Both the position numbers and the translations under genes were made by a program. A stretch of DNA of 40,295 nucleotides, from positions 1 to 40,295 of the forward strand of contig JBFINI010000001.1 of NCBI GenBank assembly GCA_041611275.1, read 5' to 3'. Numbering within the stretch: position 1 is the stretch's first letter; every line of letters begins with the position of its first letter. The notes under the pieces were generated by a model. It was not told where the DNA came from, ran no database searches, and saw only the letters and a program-made list of their open reading frames with translations. Shown here one piece after another: positions 18,312-30,459 of this stretch. The DNA is from Burkholderiaceae bacterium. Its GTDB lineage: Bacteria; Pseudomonadota; Gammaproteobacteria; Burkholderiales; Burkholderiaceae_F.

Positions 18312-18884
18312 ATGACGAAGAGGCTGGCAACGGTGTTGTTGTTGATGTTCTCGGCGATTGCCCAGGGGCAGCCGCTCGAAGTCGAGGGGGTCAAGTTCGA
18401 GCCGACGGTGCAGATCGGCGGCCAACCGCTGCAACTGAACGGCGCTGGCGTCAGGACACGGTTCTTCTTCAAGGTTTACGCAGCTGGACTGTATGTTCCG
18501 CAGAAGGCGAAGTCGGCCGCGACAATCCTCAGCCAAAAGGGTCCGCGGCGGGTTGCCATCGGCATGTTGCGCGATGTCGGTGCCGACACCTTCGCCTCGG
18601 CGCTCAACGATGGCCTGAAGGCAAATCTCAGCGAACAACAGTTTGCCGGCTTCAAGGCGCAGATCGAAACACTGAACGCTAACCTGAAAGCGGTCGGCGA
18701 AGCGAAAAAGGGCGATCAAATTAACTTCGAGTTCACGCCGGAAGCGGGTACGCGAATCGTCGTCAACGGCCAACCGCGTGGTTCAGCCATTCCAGGCGAG
18801 GATTTCTTCGAGGCGGTGCTGCGCGTTTGGCTCGGCGAAAAGCCCGTCGATGAGGATCTAAAGAAGGGCATGCTGGGCGGCTGA
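18312..18884 (+). CDS. Periplasmic chalcone-isomerase-like family protein
   Basis: GGAGAGG lies upstream of the ATG. The signal peptide is MTKRLATVLLLMFSAIAQG. Motifs are FFKVYAAGLY and the C-terminal WLGEKPVDEDLKKGMLG. Confidence 0.72.
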   Translation: MTKRLATVLLLMFSAIAQGQPLEVEGVKFEPTVQIGGQPLQLNGAGVRTRFFFKVYAAGLYVPQKAKSAATILSQKGPRRVAIGMLRDVGADTFASALNDGLKANLSEQQFAGFKAQIETLNANLKAVGEAKKGDQINFEFTPEAGTRIVVNGQPRGSAIPGEDFFEAVLRVWLGEKPVDEDLKKGMLGG

Positions 18885-18907
18885 ACGTGCACGCCCCGCC
18901 TCGGCGC

Positions 18908-18938
18908 GAAGCCCGGCATCGTCCGGGCTTCGTCATTT
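18908..18938 (+). terminator. Probable terminator after the chalcone-isomerase-like gene
   Basis: A 9-bp stem GAAGCCCGG / CCGGGCTTC encloses a 6-nt loop. The trailing tract is weak (GTCATTT). Confidence 0.5.
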
Positions 18939-19005
18939 AGATGGCACGCCAGCTGCGCGACTTCCCGTGGCAGCAAGCCGGCGAAACGATCCGTTGGCCT
19001 GACTC

Positions 19006-19890
19006 GTGTCCGAATCCACACCGCTGATCGACAGGTTTATAGACGCCCTTTGGCTTGAAGATGGCCTGGCGCCAAACTCGCTGGCCGCGTATCGGCGCGA
19101 TCTCAAGCAGTTGGCAGGGCAACTGGGCGGCCGCGACCTGCTGGCGGCCAGCGATGCCGATCTGCAACAGTACTTTGCCGCGACCTTTGCGGCATCGCGC
19201 TCAAGCACTGCAAACCGGCGCCTCGCCTCGTTACGTCGGTTCTACCGCTGGGCCATGCGAGAAGGAATCATCCGTGCAGATCCGACGCTTCGTCTGACCG
19301 GCGCCAAGGCGCCGCGGCAATTCCCGCAGGCGCTGACCGAAGCGCAGGTTGAGGCGCTACTGGCGGCGCCGAGGGTCGAAACCGAACTCGGCCTGCGTGA
19401 CCGCGCAATGCTCGAACTGCTGTATGCGACCGGCCTGCGAGTTTCAGAACTGGTCGGCCTGAGGCTGGTCGAAGTTTCGCTCGCCGATGGCCTGGTACGG
19501 GTGACCGGCAAAGGCCAGAAAGAGCGCATCGTGCCGATGGGTGAAGAGGCGGGGGCCTGGCTCGAGCGCTATTTTCAGGACGCTCGTCCAGCTCTGCTCA
19601 AGAATCGCCGCGCCGATGCGGTGTTCATTACGCGGCGTGCAGCGGCGATGTCGCGGCAGATGTTCTGGAAACTGATCCGGCACTACGCCTTGCGCGCCGA
19701 TATCCGGGCCCCATTGTCCCCGCATGGTCTGCGCCATGCATTTGCGACGCATCTGCTGAACCATGGTGCTGACCTGCGTGTTGTGCAGATGCTGCTCGGC
19801 CATGCCGACATCTCGACCACGCAGATCTACACGCACGTGGCTCGCGAACGGCTGCAGGCACTGCACGCGCGTCATCATCCGCGCGGCTAG
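19006..19890 (+). CDS. xerD: Site-specific tyrosine recombinase XerD
   Basis: The N-terminus LIDRFIDALWLEDGLAPNSLAAYRRDL is characteristic of XerD. The catalytic region has LRHAFATHLL and TTQIYTHV. Confidence 0.9.
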   Translation: MSESTPLIDRFIDALWLEDGLAPNSLAAYRRDLKQLAGQLGGRDLLAASDADLQQYFAATFAASRSSTANRRLASLRRFYRWAMREGIIRADPTLRLTGAKAPRQFPQALTEAQVEALLAAPRVETELGLRDRAMLELLYATGLRVSELVGLRLVEVSLADGLVRVTGKGQKERIVPMGEEAGAWLERYFQDARPALLKNRRADAVFITRRAAAMSRQMFWKLIRHYALRADIRAPLSPHGLRHAFATHLLNHGADLRVVQMLLGHADISTTQIYTHVARERLQALHARHHPRG

Positions 19891-19901
19891 ACTGCGGCTC
19901 G

Positions 19902-20393
19902 ATGAGAAAGCTCACGCAGGTTTCGGAAACGCCGGCCACAGCGTGGCTGCGCCGGAACGACATCGCGTTTGTCGAGCATGTGTACGAATATGTCGAACAT
20001 GGCGGCACCGCAGTGTCTTCGAAGGCGTTAGGCGTGCCGGAACACGATGTCATCAAGACGCTGGTGATGCACGACGAGACGAGCAAGCCGTTGATCGTGC
20101 TGATGCACGGCGATTGCAAGGTGTCGACCAAGACTCTCGCTCGGCAGATCGCCCGCAAGCGCATTGAACCCTGCGCGCCCGACGCGGCACAGCGACACAC
20201 CGGCTATCAAGTCGGCGGCACCTCGCCATTCGGACTGCGCAAGATCATGCCGATATATGTCGAGCGCACGGTACTCCGGCAGGGGAGGATCTTCATCAAC
20301 GGCGGCCGGCGAGGATTTCTCATCGAGATCGCGCCAGCCGTGCTGACCGCCGCGCTGGGCGCGGTGTCGGTGAGCTGCGCGCTCAAGGACTGA
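19902..20393 (+). CDS. ybaK: Cys-tRNA(Pro)/Cys-tRNA(Cys) deacylase YbaK/EbsC family
   Basis: The 163-aa product carries IKTLVM, GYQVGGTSPFG and INGGRRG blocks. Confidence 0.85.
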   Translation: MRKLTQVSETPATAWLRRNDIAFVEHVYEYVEHGGTAVSSKALGVPEHDVIKTLVMHDETSKPLIVLMHGDCKVSTKTLARQIARKRIEPCAPDAAQRHTGYQVGGTSPFGLRKIMPIYVERTVLRQGRIFINGGRRGFLIEIAPAVLTAALGAVSVSCALKD

Positions 20394-20403
20394 GGAGCAG
20401 TCA

Positions 20404-21024
20404 GTGCAGGTGCTGGCCTGGCTGGTGGCGATTGCGGGCTCTTACCTGCTCGGCTCGGTGTCCTTCGCCGTCGTTATCAGCCGCCTGTTCGGTTTGGCTG
20501 ACCCTCGCAGTTATGGCTCGGGCAATCCTGGCGCGACGAATGTGCTGCGATCTGGCAGCCGTACAGCGGCAGCGATCACACTGTTGGGCGATGCCGCCAA
20601 GGGCGCGGTCGCGGTTCTAGTGGTACGCACGTTCGGGGCACCTCTGGGTGTCGGCGAGGCCGGGGTCGCGCTGGCGGGGCTGGCGGCTTTCGTCGGCCAC
20701 TTGTACCCGGTGTTCTTCAGTTTTCGCGGCGGCAAAGGCGTGGCGACCTTTTTCGGCGTGCTGCTCGCCTTCAGCCCCTTCGCCGGTGTTGTCGCCTGCG
20801 CAACCTGGCTGATCGTGGCGCTTGTCTTCCGCTACTCGTCGCTGTCCTCGCTGACGGCGGCCCTTGTTTCGCCGCTTGCCCTGTACTGGAGCACCCGAGA
20901 TGCAGCTGCTTTCTTTGTCGTCCTGGCGATGTGCGCGCTGCTGATTGCCCGCCATCGGCAAAACCTCGCCAACCTGCGCGCAGGAAAGGAACGCCGCATT
21001 GGCGAGAAGGCTAAGCCCGGCTGA
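20404..21024 (+). CDS. plsY: Glycerol-3-phosphate acyltransferase PlsY
   Basis: This multi-TM protein has a GSGNPGATNVLR motif and GGKGVAT. Confidence 0.92.
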   Translation: MQVLAWLVAIAGSYLLGSVSFAVVISRLFGLADPRSYGSGNPGATNVLRSGSRTAAAITLLGDAAKGAVAVLVVRTFGAPLGVGEAGVALAGLAAFVGHLYPVFFSFRGGKGVATFFGVLLAFSPFAGVVACATWLIVALVFRYSSLSSLTAALVSPLALYWSTRDAAAFFVVLAMCALLIARHRQNLANLRAGKERRIGEKAKPG

Positions 21025-21040
21025 CCTCGCGCATTGGAAG

Positions 21041-22057
21041 TTATGGCGCTGCCTCGCCAAGGCTCCAACGCGGGTGCACGCTATAGCCAACTGATCCCAC
21101 ATCGACGCCCGCCTGCATTTTGGCGAGCCCCGCCATGGCAATCATCGCGCCGTTGTCGGTGCAGAACTCCGGCGGTGGAAAGAACAGTTCAATTCGGGCG
21201 CGCTGTGCCTCGACGGCCAGGGTCTCGCGCAGCTGCCGGTTGGCGCCGACACCTCCGGCGACGACGAGCCGGCGCATTCCCGTTTCAGCCAGGGCGGCGA
21301 GCGACTTGCGCACCAAGACGTCGACCACGGCGTCGACAAAGGCCCGAGCGATGTCGGCGCGCACCTGTTCGCAAAGATTTGTGATCCGCCGGGTGGCGGT
21401 CAGCACCGACGTCTTCAGGCCGCTGAAGCTGAAGTTCAGGTCGCCACTGTGCAACATAGGTCTTGGGAACGAAAACGCCCCGGCGGCGCCGAAGTCGGCG
21501 AGCCGGGAAACGGCTGGCCCGCCCGGATAGCCCAGTCCGAGCAGCTGTGCGGTCTTGTCGAACGCCTCGCCGGCAGCGTCGTCCTGGGTCTCGCCCAGCA
21601 GGCGATAGGCGCCGAATCCGTCGACTTGCATCAGTTGGGTATGACCGCCCGAGACGAGCAATGCAACGAAGGGGAACTCGGGCTTCGGGCTCGCCAACAA
21701 TGGAGAAAGCAGGTGACCTTCGAGATGGTGCACATCGACGACCGGCCGGCTGAGGGCAAACCCCAGCGCATGGCCAAAGCTGGCGCCGACGAGAAGCGCG
21801 CCGACCAGTCCTGGCCCAGCGGTCACTGCGATGGCATCGACCTGCGCCAGGCCGAGGCTCGCCTCGTCCAAAGCGTTTTGCAGCAACGGCAGCAGGCGGC
21901 GGACGTGATCGCGTGAAGCCAGTTCAGGTACCACGCCGCCGAACTCGCGATGCATATCGACCTGCGAGTGCAGTGCCTGGGCGAGGATGCCGCGCTTGCT
22001 GTCGAGCAGCGCGACGCCCGTTTCGTCGCAGGAGGTTTCCAGACCGAGAACAATCAT
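21041..22057 (-). CDS. tsaD: tRNA N6-adenosine threonylcarbamoyltransferase
   Basis: Motifs are [14 protein letters not shown], the metal site VHHLEGHLL and VAGGVGAN. It is divergent from rpsU as in E. coli. Confidence 0.95.
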   Translation of the reverse strand: MIVLGLETSCDETGVALLDSKRGILAQALHSQVDMHREFGGVVPELASRDHVRRLLPLLQNALDEASLGLAQVDAIAVTAGPGLVGALLVGASFGHALGFALSRPVVDVHHLEGHLLSPLLASPKPEFPFVALLVSGGHTQLMQVDGFGAYRLLGETQDDAAGEAFDKTAQLLGLGYPGGPAVSRLADFGAAGAFSFPRPMLHSGDLNFSFSGLKTSVLTATRRITNLCEQVRADIARAFVDAVVDVLVRKSLAALAETGMRRLVVAGGVGANRQLRETLAVEAQRARIELFFPPPEFCTDNGAMIAMAGLAKMQAGVDVGSVGYSVHPRWSLGEAAP

Positions 22058-22220
22058 TTGAAGGCAATTAGCGGTCTTTTCCCCAAGCGCTGCGCGTCGC
22101 GCGCCGGCCCTTGGGAGGATCAGGTTTCACCGGCGCCAGTCTAGCCAGGCGTGACTCAGGTCCGCTGAATGCGGCCACGCCGGCCCGGCCCGGGCAGCGG
22201 CCGTAGCGGCGGATTGGACA

Positions 22221-22229
22221 TGGTATATT
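22221..22229 (+). promoter_or_regulatory. Candidate extended -10 promoter for rpsU operon
   Basis: TGgTATATT (TGn plus a 5/6 match to TATAAT) lies about 55 nt upstream of the rpsU ATG. Confidence 0.35.
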
Positions 22230-22282
22230 TCACGGCTATCCAAGGTGCCGGGATGCCCCGGCGTGGCTTTCCCGGAAACTGC

Positions 22283-22495
22283 ATGCCTACTGTTCGAGTC
22301 AAAGAAAACGAGCCCTTTGAGGTCGCCCTGCGCCGATTCAAGCGCACCATCGAAAAAAGCGGTCTGTTGACCGAATTGCGGGCGCGCGAGTTCTACGAGA
22401 AGCCGACTGCGGAACGCAAGCGCAAGAAATCCGCCGCCATCAAGAGGCACTTCAAGCGGCTGCGCAGTCAGATGTTGCCGAAGAAGATGTACTGA
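22283..22495 (+). CDS. rpsU: 30S ribosomal protein S21
   Basis: The 70-aa product reads [29 protein letters not shown]... The upstream part of the 108-aa track ORF is non-coding. Confidence 0.95.
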   Translation: MPTVRVKENEPFEVALRRFKRTIEKSGLLTELRAREFYEKPTAERKRKKSAAIKRHFKRLRSQMLPKKMY

Positions 22496-22531
22496 TACGT
22501 CGGCCGAGGCGGCCGCATAGTTTCATCACAA

Positions 22532-22557
22532 GCGCGCCCTTCGGGCGCGTTTTCGTT
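22532..22557 (+). terminator. Hairpin plus U-tract after rpsU (partial terminator/attenuator)
   Basis: Stem CGCGCCC / GGGCGCG with loop TTC is followed by TTTTCGTT. It sits in the same position as the internal terminator of the E. coli rpsU-dnaG-rpoD operon. Confidence 0.55.
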
Positions 22558-22589
22558 GGTAGACCTTGGCTGAGCAAGGTGAGACGACA

Positions 22590-23036
22590 ATGGGCTTGAA
22601 GGATCGCATTACGGAGGACATGAAGGCGGCGATGCGGGCCCGCCAGTCCGATCGGCTTTCCGCAATAAGAATGCTGCTAGCGGCGGTCAAGCAGCGCGAG
22701 GTCGATGGCCGCATCGAGGCAGATGACGCACTGGTGCTTTCGATCGTCGAAAGATTGATCAAGCAGCGCAAGGATGCAATCGCCCAGTTCGAAGTGGGCG
22801 GCCGCGCCGACCTGGTCGCCAAGGAGTCTGCAGAGATCGGGGTTCTCACTGAATACTTGCCGCAGCAAATGACCGAGGGTGAAATCGTCGCAGCGATCGA
22901 AGCCGCGATCGCGGAGGTGGATGCGTCCGGTCTTACGGCAATGGGGAAGGTGATGAGCGTGCTGAAGCCGCGGCTGGCGGGCAAGGCGGATATTGGCCAG
23001 GTGTCAGCGCTGGTGAAAAAGCGCCTCGCTGCTTGA
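22590..23036 (+). CDS. yqeY: GatB/YqeY domain protein
   Basis: ATG 22590 follows AAGGTGAG. Motifs are MGLKDRITEDMKAAMRA and MGKVMSVLKP. Confidence 0.85.
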   Translation: MGLKDRITEDMKAAMRARQSDRLSAIRMLLAAVKQREVDGRIEADDALVLSIVERLIKQRKDAIAQFEVGGRADLVAKESAEIGVLTEYLPQQMTEGEIVAAIEAAIAEVDASGLTAMGKVMSVLKPRLAGKADIGQVSALVKKRLAA

Positions 23037-23135
23037 TCATTGACGATGACCGAAAGGCGCGATCCCAACCTGAACCCGCTGCCAGTCTGCACAACGCTTG
23101 AGAGCTAACAGTCACTACAGGACAGCACTGCTAAC

Positions 23136-24917
23136 GTGATCCCGCAAGGGTTCATCCAGGACCTTCTGGCCCGCGTCGATATCGTCGACGTGGTTGGCCG
23201 TCATGTGCAGTTGAAGAAGGGCGGGCAGAATTTTCTCGGCCTGTGTCCTTTTCATAACGAGAAGTCACCCTCGTTCACGGTCAGTCCGACCAAGCAGTTC
23301 TTTCACTGTTTCGGCTGTGGCGCGCACGGATCGGCCATTGGCTTCCTGATGGAACATCGTGGCCTCGGCTTCTTGGAGGTGGTGCGCGAACTGGCGCAGC
23401 AGGTCGGTATGACTGTGCCGGAAGCCAGCGCGGCAGCCGCGCAAGTAACCGGTCGGATTCAGGCGCTATCCGAAGTGCTGCAACGCGCCGCTGATTTCTA
23501 CCGACGACAGCTGAAGGGCAGTGACGTTGCCATTCGTTACCTCAAAAGTCGTGGGGTTGCCGGCGCGACCGCGGCACGGTTCGCGGTCGGTTTTTCTGCG
23601 GATGAATGGAAGGCGCTGGCGGCAGTTTTCGAGGACTACGCGGATCCGCAACTGGTCGAGGCTGGACTGGTCATCGACAATGAGGGCAGGCGCTACGACC
23701 GATTCCGCGGTCGGGTGATGTTTCCGATTCGTAATCGCCGGGGTGCGGTGATTGGTTTCGGCGCCCGCGCTCTGGACGGAGCCGAGCCCAAGTACCTGAA
23801 CTCGCCCGAGACACCGCTTTTCCATAAAGGACGAGAGCTTTATGGGCTGTTCGAGGGACAGGAGGCCATTCGGCGCAAGGGGCGGGTGGTGGTCTGCGAG
23901 GGGTATCTGGACGTCATCCAGCTTTCGCAGGCTGGTATCGAGGAATCTGTGGCGGCACTTGGCACGGCGGTGACGTCACACCACGTGACGGAACTTCTTC
24001 GGCTCGCCGACCATGTGATCTTCGCCTTCGACGGAGATACCGCGGGCCGCAAGGCGGCGCGGCGAGCACTCGAGGCGGCTTTGCCGGTGCTGTCCGATAC
24101 CCGCCGGATCGACTTCGTGCTGTTGCCCGAGGGCGAAGATCCAGACAGCCTGATCAAAGCGCACGGCGCAGAAGCGTTTGGCGCTGAAATTGAACGAGCG
24201 CTGCCGCTGTCACGCTGGTTCGTTCGCTCGTTGGCGGAAGGCAAAGATCTGCGGACGGCCGAGGGACGTGCGGCGCTGCTGGCTGAAGCCAAGCCGTTGG
24301 TTGGGCTCATGCCCGCCGGCGCACTGCGTCTGCAACTGCTGCGTGAACTGGCGGAAGTCGCGCGCAGTGCACCGGCGGAAGTCGAGTCACTTTTCGGCTT
24401 GAAGCCGTGGCGGCGCCTGCCCGAAGCGCGCCGCCACAGCGCCCCGCGGCCGACGGTCGAGACTGCCGATCTGAAGCAACACATCTTGCAAAGGTTGCTG
24501 GCGTTTCCTGATCTGGTTGCCGAGTTCGCGCAGACCATCAGCAATGAGTTTCCTGAGAGTGGCGAACCGATCGACCGTCAGGTTCTCGAAGTCGGGCGAA
24601 CGGCAGCGGCCTGCCGGGGACTCACCAGTGGAGCCCTGCAGGAGCTGCTCGCCGAAAGCGAGTTTGCGGCTCAATACCGAAGTGCCGCGACGCAGGATCT
24701 GCAGGCTGACGCCGATGTGGAAACGGTTCGCGCAGAACTGTCGGGCGCGCTTTGCAAGCTTGAGTTGCGGCGGATCAATGGCGAACTGCAGCAGTTGACC
24801 GCCTCGGCGCCGGCAAGTGCGGAGGCACTGGTGCAGATCCGAGCGCTGTCGGAACGTCGGGCGCGCTTGATGGCGGGAACGGGCAATGAGGCCGAGCGCG
24901 GCGAACCAGCCAAATGA
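23136..24917 (+). CDS. dnaG: DNA primase
   Basis: The zinc ribbon is CPFHNEKSPSFTVSPTKQFFHCFGCGAHG. The TOPRIM domain shows VVCEGYLDV and FDGDTAGRKAA. The start is GTG. Confidence 0.95.
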   Translation: MIPQGFIQDLLARVDIVDVVGRHVQLKKGGQNFLGLCPFHNEKSPSFTVSPTKQFFHCFGCGAHGSAIGFLMEHRGLGFLEVVRELAQQVGMTVPEASAAAAQVTGRIQALSEVLQRAADFYRRQLKGSDVAIRYLKSRGVAGATAARFAVGFSADEWKALAAVFEDYADPQLVEAGLVIDNEGRRYDRFRGRVMFPIRNRRGAVIGFGARALDGAEPKYLNSPETPLFHKGRELYGLFEGQEAIRRKGRVVVCEGYLDVIQLSQAGIEESVAALGTAVTSHHVTELLRLADHVIFAFDGDTAGRKAARRALEAALPVLSDTRRIDFVLLPEGEDPDSLIKAHGAEAFGAEIERALPLSRWFVRSLAEGKDLRTAEGRAALLAEAKPLVGLMPAGALRLQLLRELAEVARSAPAEVESLFGLKPWRRLPEARRHSAPRPTVETADLKQHILQRLLAFPDLVAEFAQTISNEFPESGEPIDRQVLEVGRTAAACRGLTSGALQELLAESEFAAQYRSAATQDLQADADVETVRAELSGALCKLELRRINGELQQLTASAPASAEALVQIRALSERRARLMAGTGNEAERGEPAK

Positions 24918-25101
24918 GTCGATGGCTTCGGGGCAGGCTGATACACTTATGTGTTTCCGCTGAGCGGGCGAGTGTTGGTCCAGTTTTCTCACCGTATCAA
25001 TGACTTGCTGCGCCGGCCGGCCTCTTTGAATGTGCCAATCTACGGGTTCGGGACGGGCAGGTCTGCCGGCGGCCCGCCAAGCGGCACCAAAGGCGAATCT
25101 T

Positions 25102-25130
25102 CTTGGGCTGCGTCGCATTCGGCCCCATAT
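25102..25130 (+). promoter_or_regulatory. Candidate sigma32-type (heat-shock) promoter upstream of rpoD
   Basis: CTTGGG (25102-25107), a 15-nt spacer, then CCCCATAT (25123-25130). The sigma32 consensus is CTTGAA-N13-15-CCCCATnT. The -10 match is complete and the -35 match is 4/6. Confidence 0.35.
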
Positions 25131-25229
25131 AGAAAAGAATATGAGTGCGGATAGATCGAGCCACGGCTCAGTACCGAAAACGGGCGAGAGGACACCGCCG
25201 AGGCGAAGAATCTCAGAACAGGTGATTGG

Positions 25230-27476
<2,247 letters not shown>

Positions 27477-27511
27477 GGTTGCCCAGGAACAAGGTGTCGG
27501 ATTCAGCGCCC

Positions 27512-27590
<79 letters not shown>

Positions 27591-27637
27591 GCTTTCCAAC
27601 GCGCGATCCGTTCGGCGCGCGGTACCGACGGTAACGA

Positions 27638-29044
27638 ATGTCGGACTATCACGACTTCGATCACTTCGGCCTCGATCCACGGATCGTCGCGGCCGTGAAA
27701 AGCATGGGCTACTCGACGCCCACGCCGATCCAGAGCAAGGCCATTCCGCTGGTCATGACCGGGCGCGATGTGATGGGCGCGGCGCAGACTGGCACCGGCA
27801 AGACGGCCGGCTTTGCATTACCGATCATCCATCGGCTGCTACCGCAGGCAAATACAAGCATGTCGCCGGCACGTCATCCGGTGCGCGCCCTGGTGCTCAC
27901 CCCGACGCGCGAACTGGCCGACCAGGTACACGACAACGTCCGCAAGTACATCGCCGGCACGCCGCTGCGCTGCGCGATGGTCTATGGCGGCGTGGACATG
28001 GATCCGCAGACGCAGGCGCTGCGCACTGGTGTCGAGATCGTCGTTGCCACGCCCGGTCGACTGCTCGACCACCTGGGCTCGAAGAACACCTCGTTGGGGC
28101 AGGTGCAAGCGGTCGTGCTTGATGAGGCGGACCGCATGCTCGACATGGGATTTCTGCCTGATATCTCGCGGATCCTGAATCAGCTGCCGAAGGAACGGCA
28201 GAGCCTGATGTTTTCGGCAACCTTCTCTGAGGAGATTAAGAAGCTCGCCGCCAATTTCCTGCACGACGCGGTGCTGGTCGAAGTCGCGCGGCGCAACGCG
28301 ACAGCAGACAACGTGCAGCAGGAGCTGTATCGCGTACACGAGTCGGAAAAGACCGGCGCCCTGCTCGAACTGCTGCGCGGCCGCGCCTTGAAGCAGGTGC
28401 TGGTCTTCGTCAACACCAAGATCGGCTGCAGGCGTCTGGCGCGCGAGCTGCAGAAGCAGGGCATCAACGCTGATGCCATTCACGGCGACAAGTCGCAGGA
28501 CGAGCGGATGAAGGCGCTCGACGGATTCAAGCAGGGTTCAATCGACGTGCTGGTGGCTACCGATGTAGCGGCGCGCGGGCTCGACATCGTCGAATTGCCG
28601 GCGGTGATCAACTATGACGTGCCCTATGCGCCTGAGGACTACGTGCACCGGATCGGCCGTACCGGCCGTGCCGGGCTGTCGGGGCTGGCGATGATGATCG
28701 CTACCGGCTCCGAGGATCGCGCGGTCGCCGGCATCGAGCGGTTGATCAAATGCAAGATCGATGTCGTGCCGCTCGATGTGCCGCGGCAGGCACGACGTGA
28801 ACGCGGTGCCCGTCGCGACGATCGCGATCGGCGTGACGATCGGGGACTTGGTGAAAGAACGCGCGAGCGCCGCGACGCGCCGGCCGGTGCCGGCGCCAAG
28901 CCGATGGATGAATTCTTCAGCAAGCCGTACGAGCCGGCGGCGACTAGCGCCGACTCAGCCAAGCCTGACACTGATTCGCCGTCCGCCGCGCAGAGCAAGA
29001 AGCCGGCCAAAGTCGCGGCTCTGCTGGGCGGCCGCAAGCAGTAG
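27638..29044 (+). CDS. rhlE: ATP-dependent DEAD-box RNA helicase (RhlE-like)
   Basis: It has a Q-motif region, Walker A AQTGTGKT, DEAD box VLDEADRM, SAT, and HRIGRTGRAG. The C-terminal tail is basic and Arg/Asp-rich. Confidence 0.9.
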   Translation: MSDYHDFDHFGLDPRIVAAVKSMGYSTPTPIQSKAIPLVMTGRDVMGAAQTGTGKTAGFALPIIHRLLPQANTSMSPARHPVRALVLTPTRELADQVHDNVRKYIAGTPLRCAMVYGGVDMDPQTQALRTGVEIVVATPGRLLDHLGSKNTSLGQVQAVVLDEADRMLDMGFLPDISRILNQLPKERQSLMFSATFSEEIKKLAANFLHDAVLVEVARRNATADNVQQELYRVHESEKTGALLELLRGRALKQVLVFVNTKIGCRRLARELQKQGINADAIHGDKSQDERMKALDGFKQGSIDVLVATDVAARGLDIVELPAVINYDVPYAPEDYVHRIGRTGRAGLSGLAMMIATGSEDRAVAGIERLIKCKIDVVPLDVPRQARRERGARRDDRDRRDDRGLGERTRERRDAPAGAGAKPMDEFFSKPYEPAATSADSAKPDTDSPSAAQSKKPAKVAALLGGRKQ

Positions 29045-29045
29045 G

Positions 29046-29075
29046 GGCCGACCGTTTCAATCGACGCAGTCGGCC
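29046..29075. terminator. Possible hairpin between convergent rhlE and metY
   Basis: A 7-bp stem GGCCGAC / GTCGGCC has a 16-nt loop and no U-tract. Confidence 0.3.
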
Positions 29076-29081
29076 ACTGGC

Positions 29082-30383
29082 TCAGGCGGCGCTCTGGCGC
29101 AGCGCCCGATCCAGATCCCAAAGGATGTCGTCGATCGACTCGAGGCCGACTGACAATCGGATCATGTCGGGCGAAACGCCCGCTTTCAGCTGATCTTCTT
29201 CGTTAAGTTGCCGGTGCGTGGTTGACGCAGGGTGGATCACCAGCGACTTCGCATCGCCGATATTGGCCAGGTGCGACAGGAATTGAACGCCGTCGATGAA
29301 CTTTTCGCCGGCAGCCGCGCCGCCCTGGATGCCGAAGGTCATCACACCGGCTGCGCCCGGTGCGCCATCGACCGAGCGAAGGTACTTTCTTGCTAGCGCG
29401 TAGTAAGGACTCGACTCGAGCCCCGGCCAACTGACCCACGCCACCTGTGGATGACTGGCGAGAAACTGCGCCACCTGCCGCGCGTTCTGGCAATGCCGTT
29501 CCATGCGCACGTGCAGCGTCTCGACCCCTTGCAGCAGCAGGAATGCGGACAGTGGAGACAATGCGGCGCCATTGATGCGCAGCACTTCCATGCGTGCCTT
29601 CATCGTGTAGGCAAAGTCGCCGAACGTTTCCCAGAACTTCACGCCGTGATAGCCCTTGCTCGGGGCAACCATGTCGGGGAACTTGCCATTGCCCCAGTCG
29701 AACTTGCCGCTTTCGACAACGGCGCCGCCAAGCGTCGTGCCGTGGCCGCCGAGGTATTTCGTCACCGAGTGAACGACGATGTCGGCGCCGAAGTCGAACG
29801 GCCGGCACAAGTAAGGCGAGGCCATCGTGTTATCGACCATCAGCGGCACGCCGTGTGCGTGCGCGATCGCGGCCACCGGTTCGATGTCGAACACGTTGAT
29901 CTTTGGGTTGCCGAGCGTCTCGCCGTAAAGCAGCCTGGTGTTTCCGCGCAGCGCGTGGCGGAAGTTCTCCGGTTGATCGGGGTCGACGAAGGTGATCTCG
30001 ATGCCGCGCTTGCGCAGCGTGACGTCGAACTGCGAATAGGTGCCGCCGTAGAGCAAGCTGGAAGCGACGATGTGGTCGCCGGGGGCGAGGATCGCCTCGA
30101 TTGCGGTGAGCTGAGCGGCCATGCCGCTGGCCACGCACAGGCAGGCGCGGCCATTTTCCAGAGCGGCGATCCGCTCCTCAAGCATTGCCACCGTCGGGTT
30201 GCTGATCCGCGAGTAGACGTTGCCAAAGGTCTGCAGATTGAACAGGCTCGCCGCGTGATCGGCGCTGTCGAAGACGTAACTCGTCGTCTGGTAGATGGGC
30301 GCGGCACGGCTGCCAGTGACCGGATCGGGCAACTGGCCAGCGTGCAGGCATAGCGTTTCAATGCCGAAGGGGTGGTCGCTCAT
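29082..30383 (-). CDS. metY: O-acetylhomoserine aminocarboxypropyltransferase (sulfhydrylase)
   Basis: The 433-aa product belongs to the PLP Cys/Met-metabolism family. The Schiff-base lysine context is HSVTKYLGGHG. Another block is SRISNPT. Confidence 0.92.
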   Translation of the reverse strand: MSDHPFGIETLCLHAGQLPDPVTGSRAAPIYQTTSYVFDSADHAASLFNLQTFGNVYSRISNPTVAMLEERIAALENGRACLCVASGMAAQLTAIEAILAPGDHIVASSLLYGGTYSQFDVTLRKRGIEITFVDPDQPENFRHALRGNTRLLYGETLGNPKINVFDIEPVAAIAHAHGVPLMVDNTMASPYLCRPFDFGADIVVHSVTKYLGGHGTTLGGAVVESGKFDWGNGKFPDMVAPSKGYHGVKFWETFGDFAYTMKARMEVLRINGAALSPLSAFLLLQGVETLHVRMERHCQNARQVAQFLASHPQVAWVSWPGLESSPYYALARKYLRSVDGAPGAAGVMTFGIQGGAAAGEKFIDGVQFLSHLANIGDAKSLVIHPASTTHRQLNEEDQLKAGVSPDMIRLSVGLESIDDILWDLDRALRQSAA

Positions 30384-30459
30384 CGGGAATCCGTGATCGG
30401 TGATCGTGACTTGGTGGCCAGGGCGGAGATCGAACGGCCATTCAGCGCCGACGACCGCT

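Noticed and set aside
19006-19890. A tyrosine recombinase that might signal a mobile element, together with the tRNA at 27512 as a possible island insertion site.
   Set aside because: The protein has the XerD-specific N-terminus and sits among housekeeping genes. I noticed no direct repeat of the tRNA 3' end. No phage, IS or conjugation genes are present, and there is no compositional break downstream of the tRNA.
28784-29041. The Arg/Asp-rich low-complexity C-terminal tail of the DEAD-box helicase (RRERGARRDDRDRRDDRGLGERTRERRD…).
   Set aside because: Basic, repetitive C-terminal extensions are a normal feature of RhlE-type helicases. It is not an independent element.
30384-30459. A possible SAM-type riboswitch upstream of metY.
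   Set aside because: The spacer is only 76 nt. I could not fold it into any SAM-I, SAM-II or SAM/SAH-like consensus by eye. metY is more simply read as co-transcribed with the upstream gene.
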